This document shows positions 56,001 through 64,000 of a stretch of 64,000 bases of DNA, in pieces. The stretch spans positions 96,410,001 through 96,474,000 of the forward strand of contig OZ024744.1 in NCBI GenBank assembly GCA_964016885.1, in the 5' to 3' direction. This stretch comes from Eledone cirrhosa. Taxonomy: Eukaryota. The position numbers and the translations under genes are program-made. The stretch's first letter is position 1; each line of letters begins with the position of its first letter. The notes beneath the pieces are model-generated. The model searched no databases. It was not told the origin of the DNA and saw only the letters and a program-made list of their open reading frames with translations.

Positions 56001-58171
56001 CCCCAGACCACGTACATTTATGCTACCTATTCTGAGAGAAGCCATGTTGGCTAGGATAGGAGGAAAACAAGTGAGAGTTACAAAAATTACCTGTGGCTCT
56101 TCTTTAGGAAGGGGGTGGGTGATCCATCCCTCCGCCCATTGGTGGGTTTCTCCACGAGAATATCCGGTAATATTCTTTTGGTGATGTTCCCTCGGTAGTC
56201 TCCAATTGATGTGGGGAACATTTTTTTTAATGTTATGTAATTTTTTTGTGTAATTTCTATTATTTTTATGTGCGTGTGGGGGGTGCAATTTTGGTGGTTT
56301 CTACGTAGTTTGTTTCTGTGATGTTGGTGTGGTGTTGAATGTAATTTAAAAGCTTTGTGTTGTCTCTGTGTCTATGGCTGTGTATTGTGTCTGCTGTTTG
56401 GGTATTGGTGTTTTCTGTGTTTTCTGTCGTGTTGTTGGAGGTGACGATGGGGTAGATGGTAAGGGTGGTGGTGGTGGTGGTGGTGTTGGTGGCGGTGGTG
56501 GTGGCGGTGGTGGTGGTGTTGGTGGTGTTGGTGTTTGTTGTGGTGGTGGTGATGGTGTAGGTGGTTGTGGGTGTGTGGCTGTTGATGGTATTGGAGGAGG
56601 TGGGGTAGTTTTCATTTTCTTTTTTTTTAGGGTTCTTTCTTCCTTTTTGAGGGGTGGGGGTGGGGTGAGGGTAGGGAGTTCTTCCTTTTGTTTGTTGGAA
56701 TAGTTCTCCACTCTTCGGCCTCATCGCACTCCTTGTCCGATTTGGCTATACCAGGAAGGGGTATGTTTTCCATTGGTTCTGTGGGTGGTAGAAGAGATGG
56801 AGCTTCTGTTGTTGGGGATGGTGATTTCTCTTCTGCCACTGTATTCTTTGTTTGTTTGTCTGCTCCAGTTGCGGGGCACGGCGTGGGGAGAAGGGGTGGG
56901 CGCGTCCCTCTTTTGGTAAGTTTGGGGCAGAATGCCTTAAGGTGCGTCTTGCCACCGTATCCATGTCAACTTGGGCACCTACCTTCGACAGTCACGTGTA
57001 GATGGCTGCCGTCGTCCAGGTCTATTACATCGGGGATGGCCTCAATGCTCTCATGGTTTGCTTGGATGATTAGCTCCATCCCCAACCCTGTCCAATTTTC
57101 CTGTCTTATTCGCATGACGTTGAGTATAGTTGTTGAATCTTCAACGTCAGCGAGGACGGCTGCCGTCAACCACGCCATCCCCACTGAGGGCGGAACCTGG
57201 CCTACTCGAACCCTCACGACTCTCTGGCCGCAGTATGTGGGCATCATTGTGATTTTGTCACTACGGAGTGGCGCAATGGAGTGTGCTCTGGCTTCCTCTG
57301 GTGTAGCGAAGAGCACATCCACAGTGCCATATCTCGATCCCCGGGCTATATATGTTTTCTGTGCCCAGACGGCACCCATATCTCTTTGGACCTGTGACTC
57401 CGTTGCCTGTTCAACTCGCCGGGATTTTGATCCGATCGTGCGATAACTGACCGAACACAAAAGTTTGTTTCTTATTATCTCAGCTGGGCGGGTGAGACTT
57501 ACCCTGTGTCCGGTTTTTTTTAACCAAGACCTTTGCTTGTTTTATCTCTTCGTTAGTGATGTTTATTTGGTTGCTTTAGCGAAAGACGTGTTTGTTTTGA
57601 TTTGTGTTGACACGTCACTAGTTTTATCTTTGTTGCCGTCGACGGTGTTTTTGTTTGTTTCTTTTTCCTCTGTGTTGCTGTTGTTATAGTTGTTGTTCTT
57701 TGGGTTCTGTGTCGCAGTTGCTGTTGTTATTGTTGTTATTGGGGTGATAGTGGTGTTTGATTTCTGTAACGCAGGAAATTTGTCCTTATAATTTTCACTA
57801 TTGCTACTACAATTCCAGTGGCTGCTGCTGCTGTTGTCATTATCACTGTCACTGTCGCTGCTGCTGTTTCTCTTGTTTTTTTACTTTTCCTTGTGATTGG
57901 GTGGAACTGGCTGTTCCACCCACTGAACAACTCGTTGTTCCTCCCTGTGGACAATTTTTTTTGTCCGCCATTTTTTTTTTAAAACAAAATTTTGCGGTTA
58001 TGATTGTAAATAAAAGCAAATTTAGCCCTCAAGGGCGCGAGATGCAGTTAAAAAACCACCCCCTTTGAGAGAGGTTCTTTAACTACACACCGATGTAAAA
58101 AAATATTATTAGCACTTTCGATAACTCATAAAAATTCAACCAACTTACTCCGCCGTAGTTACCACCGTCTT
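53022..58171 (-). mobile_element. Tx1/L1-clade non-LTR retrotransposon, decayed, with internal deletions
   Basis: ORF1 remnant (..HVTVEGRCP) and Pro/Thr-rich linker; ORF2 from 56045 (MASLRIGSINVRGL; KSPGLDGL; FRSITLLN; LDQSKAFDRV; VRQGCPLS; AYADD) ending near 53245; related to 31996-37073. Confidence 0.9.
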
Positions 58172-58183
58172 GTAATAATAACA

Positions 58184-58236
<53 letters not shown>

Positions 58237-58240
58237 TAAT

Positions 58241-58900
58241 ATCACCACCACCGCTGCCTCACTATCGCTACCGCCGCTATTCTCTCCCACTACCTCCTGC
58301 TAGTTGCTGCTAGCACAGCACCGCCACCGCCGCCGCTGCCTCAATATCACTACCGCCGCTATTCTCTCCCGCTACCCCCTGCTACATTGTAGAATTCTCA
58401 ATAAAAGAGGAAAATATCGAAATATATAAATAGACTGAATTGATGACCCGATCAATATAAAAATTAAAAAAACAATAATCAAAATCAAGTTTTAGTTTTA
58501 ACAAAATGTTTAATTCCAATATTATGGGTAAATGTCACACATATACGCGACTAACGATAATTTCACTAAAGATAATTTCACCACCAATACCACCACCCCT
58601 ACCACGATGAAAACTCTGGTCAAGTCGACTCAAATTTCTACTCCAACTTCAACTCCATCACTACAGTAATACGACCACATCACCACCACCGCTTCCTCAC
58701 TATCGCTACCGCCGCTATTCCCTCCCACTACCTCCTGCTAGTTGCTGCTAGCACAGCACCGCCACCACCCCCGCCGCCGCTGCCTCAGTATCACTACCGC
58801 CGCTATTCTCTCCCGCTATCCCCTGCTACATTGTAGAATTCCCACTAAAAGAGGAAAACATCAAAATATATGAATAGACTGAATTGATGACCCGGTCAAA
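58241..58900 (+). repeat. About 215-bp direct duplication (58241-58455 and 58679-58900)
   Basis: ATCACCACCACCGC..CCTCACTATCGCTACC...GACTGAATTGATGACCCG occurs twice. Confidence 0.85.
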
Positions 58901-59139
58901 ATCAAAAACAAAAACCAACAAAAATCAAAATCAAAGCAGCACAGCAACAACGAAAAACGCAAAGGAAATAAAAATGAAGAGAAAAACAAACGGACGGACA
59001 GAGAAGGGAAGGGAAAAACTAAGTCAGATATTCAAACACTACATTACAATGAAACTTATGCTTATTCATTTTTGGGGTTTTTTCTGCCTGTTTGTTTGTA
59101 TGTTTGGGTTCGCCTACAGCGTGATGATGCCACACAAAA

Positions 59140-62100
59140 GTCACGTAGAGTGACGAAATCAGCGGAGACAAGTAATTCACCGGTGGTTATGTAACCATAC
59201 ATTCGATAAGAGTGTTTAAATGTGGAACCTAAACAGTTCGAATAACGGTGAAATGGAGACTAGAATGTCATGTGACAGACTCTCACCCAACAGGTGCTCC
59301 CTGGCTCAGCAGCAGGGACCTGGCTGTCAACCAAATACTGCTGGTGTCGGAGGAAGAAGAAGAAGGAAAGGGACCAGAACCAACTGGACGAAAGAATTGA
59401 ATAGAACTGTTATGCAATGTTACCTGAAGAGTAACCCCAAGGAGAAAGGCTATAGGAAAAGGATGCATAACATCTGGAACGAGATTGGTCCATTTAAATT
59501 AGATGAACACAAACTGGCCGGGCAGGCGCGGGAAATAAGAACTAATGGGTGGATAAGCGAGCTGGAACTGGAGGAACTGGGCAGAGAGATTAGCTTGGAG
59601 ATGGAGGGTGGAGTATGCCAGGCAAACGAGCCAGTGGGAAATGAAGGTGAAGAGGACGGGAGAACGGAGGAACCATCCGAAACAGACAATGATCTGAATG
59701 CTGAGATCAATAATACCTGGAACAGAGATACGGCCACTGAGGAGATGAATGCTGACGAGCTAGGACAAGATTTGGTAGATATCCTAAACTTAGTGGTAGA
59801 TGAATTGACAATGATAGTGGGAGACCTATGAACCTAAGATTTGTAGACAGGAAAAAGTTAAAAGAAACAACAGCTAAGGTAAACAAAGTCATCCCATACC
59901 TTGAGGCGAGGAGCCTTCACCAGTGCAACAATATCCTCAAAGCAACAGCAAATACGGCGAGGAAACTACTTGGTATAAAAGCGAGAGGAAACAACAGACA
60001 AGAAAGAGCAGAGCCTTGGTGGAAGAAACGACTGAGTGGTCAAATCACGGAAATGAGAAATTACATTGGAAAGATTGAGTCCCTACTGAATGGGACACTA
60101 AAAAACATAGACACTAAAAATAGACTGGAAATAAAATACAAAACTAGGATGAAAAAGCTAAATATTATCATAGAGGAACTGAAGCAACGCATTGTAGCAA
60201 AAAGTGCAAAAATCAGGCGATACGAGAACAGAGTCGGCCAGTATAGACAGAACCGGATGTTCGACAACAACCAGAAGATGCTGTTTGGACAGCTTGAAGG
60301 GAAAGAAAGAGGCAACGACTTGATCCCTGAGGCAGAACAAACTAAAACATTCTGGAGAGGAATATGGGAGCAGGATGTTAAACAGGATGTTAAACCAGGC
60401 AGTGTAGATTGAGACAGTACAGAAGGAGATCAGTGAACAGGCACGCCAACAAATTGATTTGAGTATCACAGTTGAAACTCTTAAGGGGCAGGCCAAAAAA
60501 CTAACCAACTGGAAATCAACTGGCCCAGATGGTGTGCAGGGGTATTGGATTAAAAACATAACATCCCTCCACCCGAAACTGACAACCATGTTCAATGACT
60601 GCTTGATGTCAGGTGAGGTACCAGAGTGGTTGACAAAAGGTACCACAGTTCTGATAATGAAAGACCGAATCAAGGGTAATGATGTTACCAACTATAGACC
60701 TATCACATGTCTGTCCGTAATGTGGAAACTGTTGACAAGCATTATGTCTGAGGAAATCTACCATCACCTCCACACAAACAACTTGTTCCCGGACGAACAG
60801 AAAGGATGCCGAAAGAAGTCACGTGGTACAAAGGACCAGTTACTTATTGATAAGATGGTAATGAGGAATTGCACGAGGAGACACACTGGTCTTGCCATGG
60901 GATGGATAGACTACAAAAAGGCATTTGACATGGTGCCTCATTCTTGGATCACCAAAAGCCTGGAGATCTTCATGGTGGCAGATAACATCAGGCAGTTGTT
61001 GGGCAAAAGTATGAAGTCCTGGGAAACAGAGTTAACATCAACTGGAGAATCCTTGGGAAGCGTGAGGATCAAGGGAGGTATCTTCCAGGGAGATAGTCTG
61101 TCCCCTCTGTTGTTTGTCCTTGCCCTGATGCCCCTGACCTTTATACTGCGAAAAGTGAGAGCAGGATACAGGTTGGGAAAGGGAGGGCTTACCATCAATC
61201 ACCTCCTCTTCATGGACGATCTTAAGCTCTTCGGGAAAAGTGAGAAGGAGTTGGATGTGCTTGTTGACACTGTCCGTATTTTCAGCAGTGATATATGTAT
61301 GCAATTTGGTATTAGTAAGTGTGGAGTCATTGTGATGAAGAGGGGTAAATTGAGCAGAAGTAACGGAATCCAGATACCAACAGGTGAGATGATAAAAGAA
61401 ATTGACTCTGAAGAAGGATACAAGTATTTGGGCGTTCTGTAGGCTGATGACATCAAGAACAAAAAAATGAAGGAATTGATAAGAACTGAATACATTCGGA
61501 GAGTAAGGAGCGTATTAAAGTCACATCTGAACAGTAGGAATGCCATAAGTGCAGTAAATTCCCGAGCTGTGTCTATTATTAGGTATAGTGCGGGAATTCT
61601 GAGATGGAATGTTGCTGAACAAAAATAAATGGATAGGAAGACTAGGAAGCTATTGACTATCTACAATATACTCCACAAAAGGAGTGATGTCGATAGACTC
61701 TAGTTAATGAGATCTGAGGGTGGAAGAGGTCTTATCAGCATAGAGGACTGTGTTCAGATGGAGAAAAACAGCCTACACAAATACGTGACTGATAGTAAGG
61801 AGCCAATGCTCAGAATTGTACTGAAGGAGGGGACAATAGGCCAGGGGATGTCCAAGGAGGAAATAACATCAAGGAGAAAGAGCAGCCTTCAGGAAAAATC
61901 CCTTCATAGTACCTTCTTTGAGAAAACTTAATTCAGAGATCCACAGACATGGAACTGGTTGAAAAGAGGAGACCTTAAAAAGGCTACAGAAGGAATGTTA
62001 ATGGCCGCGCAGGAGCAGGCCATCAAAACGAAGTGGCTGAAACACCACATTTACAAGAAGGAGGCTAGCCCACTGTGCAGAATCTGTGGAGAGAGAGAGG

Positions 62101-62720
62101 AGACTGTGGCACACATTGTATCCGAGTGTAAACACCTAGCCCAGACTCACTATAAGGGCTGGAGACATGATGTGATGGGCAGGGTGATCCACTGGCACCT
62201 ATGCAAAGTAAACAATTCACCACATTCTGAAAAGTGGTATGAGCATAAGCCAGAGGCGGTGATAGAAAACGATCAGGTGAAGGTGCTGTGGGATTTTAGG
62301 ATACAGACGGACAAGAAACTGGAACACAATAGACCTGACCTGGTGGTTTGGGACAAAGAAAAAAGATCGTGTCTGATTGTGGATGTGGTCTGCCCATTCG
62401 ACACGAGAGTGCAAGAGAAGGAGAGGGAGAAAATTAACCGATACCAGGACTTAAAGTGGGAGGTAAAAAGGATTTGGAACTGCCATGATGTCAAAGTGGT
62501 CCCAATTGTCATAGGCGCACTAGGTACTATCTCAAAAAGTTTCCAGTGATGGTTAAAGAAAATTGGCCCCTTCACGCTTTTTGGAACGCTTCAAAAGGCA
62601 TGCTTACTGGGAACAGCAAGAACCCTCCGATACGTCCTGAATATCTGAGGCTGCAGGTAGTGACTTGATATTCATCTCAAACTTTCCAGTTAACTAACAT
62701 CAATGACTGAGACTCAAAGA
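59140..62720 (+). mobile_element. Dong/R4-clade non-LTR retrotransposon (RT + restriction-like endonuclease), near full length
   Basis: Broken single ORF 59220-62648: NWTKELN, WKSTGPDG, YRPITCL, DYKKAFD, GIFQGDSLSP, HLLFMDDLK, YKYLG, CRIC..ETVAHIVSEC, HNRPDLVV, IVDVVCP, EKINRYQDL; ends at (TAA)n; 5' end approximate. Confidence 0.9.
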
Positions 62721-62728
62721 GTAATAAC

Positions 62729-62766
<38 letters not shown>

Positions 62767-62767
<1 letters not shown>

Positions 62768-63000
62768 GTCAAAGTGATCCCGATTGTCATAGGCGCACTG
62801 GGGACTATCTCCAAAGGTTTCCAGGGATGGTTAAAGAAAATCGGCCCCTTCACGCTTTTTGGAACGCTTCAAAAGGCATGCTTGCTTGGAACAGCAAGAA
62901 CCCTCCGATACGTCCTGAATATCTGAGGCTGCAGGTAGTGGCTTGATATTCAATCCAACGGACTTTCCAGTTAACCAACATCAATGACTGAGATTCAAGG
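62767..63000 (+). mobile_element. 5'-truncated 3' end of the same Dong/R4 family, between (TAA)n tracts
   Basis: Close paralog of 62490-62718. Confidence 0.88.
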
Positions 63001-63012
63001 AATAACAATAAC

Positions 63013-63060
<48 letters not shown>

Positions 63061-63132
63061 CCTTGTTGTCTCTTGAGGTCACTGGTTGTGACTTGGTGAT
63101 AACTCGTATGAACATAAAGCAAGATAAATGCA

Positions 63133-63179
<47 letters not shown>

Positions 63180-63606
63180 GAGGGTATGCCTGCTAATTGA
63201 TATGTCTGTTCCAATAGACAAGAATGTATCTTTAAAAACATTTGAAAAATTGAGCAAGTATAAGGACCTGGAGATAGAAATTGGAAAAATGTGGAAATTG
63301 AGAACTAAAACAATGCCAGTAGTTGTAGGCGCTCTGGGAATGATACCTAAGGGGTCTAATGATTACTTATCGCAAATCCCAGGAAACCCGCGTATAGGAG
63401 AAATACAAAAGATAGTACTAATGGGAACTGCCCATATACTAACGAAGATTCTGTCAATATAAGTACATCACAAGTCTAAACACTAAAGATGCATGTTTGA
63501 GTATGTATGTTCTTTCTTGAACATGGCGGACCTTGTTGTCTCTTGAGGTCACTGGTTGTGACTTGGTGATAACTCGTATGAACATAAAGCAAGATAAATG
63601 CAACTG
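63061..63606 (+). mobile_element. 3' fragments of a second R4-clade family (63061-63133 and 63180-63606), separated by (TAA)n
   Basis: IDMSVP..EKLSKYKDLEIEI..PVVVGALG..IQKIVLMGTAHIL endonuclease C-terminus; duplicated 3' UTR. Confidence 0.85.
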
Positions 63607-63624
63607 TAATAATAATAATAATAA

Positions 63625-63792
63625 TAATTGTTTCTACTTTTGACACAAAGCCAGTTCATTACAGGTACTTTATTTTATCAACCCCGCAAGGGTGAAAGCA
63701 AATTTGACCTCGGCGGGATTTGAACTCAGAATGGAAAGGACCGTAACTCTATGCGTCAAAGCATGACATCCGATCCTCTACCGATACTGCTA
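63625..63792 (-). mobile_element. tRNA-derived SINE
   Basis: Match to the consensus. Confidence 0.8.
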
Positions 63793-63809
63793 AATAAGAA
63801 GCTGAGAGA

Positions 63810-64000
63810 CCTGAGGAAGCATCCGAAGCAGACAATGATCTGAATGCTGAAATAAATAACATCTGGAACAACGATACGGCCATTGAGGAAATGAATGCTG
63901 ACGGGCTAGGACAAGATTTGGTTGATATCCTAAACTTAGTGGTAGATGAAATGAACAATGATAGTGGAAAACCTATGAACCTAAGATTTGTAGACAGGAA
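63810..64000 (+). mobile_element. Internal fragment of another Dong/R4 copy, running off the window
   Basis: Paralogous to 59665-59853. Confidence 0.85.

Noticed and set aside
59138-59165. GTCAC-gtaga-GTGAC-GAAA hairpin at the Dong 5' end as a ribozyme
   Set aside because: No CUGANGA directly upstream and no convincing stem I or III.

Overview
Eukaryotic, AT-rich, repeat-saturated DNA, most likely from an octopod cephalopod (inferred from the SINE types and microsatellite load). I found only one host coding exon: a 200-bp minus-strand exon (24637-24836) of an ether-a-go-go (KCNH/eag) K+ channel covering S6 and the C-linker. The rest of the window is probably intron. It contains a 5'-truncated Penelope-like element (RT + GIY-YIG) with an inverted pseudo-LTR, a second Penelope remnant, two decayed Tx1/L1-clade LINEs, a Dong/R4-clade LINE with stacked 3' fragments, more than 20 tRNA-derived SINE pieces, mariner-type MITEs and several satellites. 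Three things stand out. (1) More than 15 short non-coding fold-back cassettes from several sequence families sit in (TA)n tracts, share one architecture (inverted arm + arm + 70-95 nt tail) and often carry minimal type-I hammerhead ribozymes. (2) The exon encodes Ser (AGT) at the conserved S6 glycine and Asn (AAC) at a conserved Asp; both are one A-to-I edit from consensus, and long hairpins flank the exon. (3) A near-perfect 1.4-kb-arm inverted duplication pivots on one of the cassettes. Most ORFs in the supplied track are microsatellite artefacts. All RNA structures were read by eye and not folded computationally.
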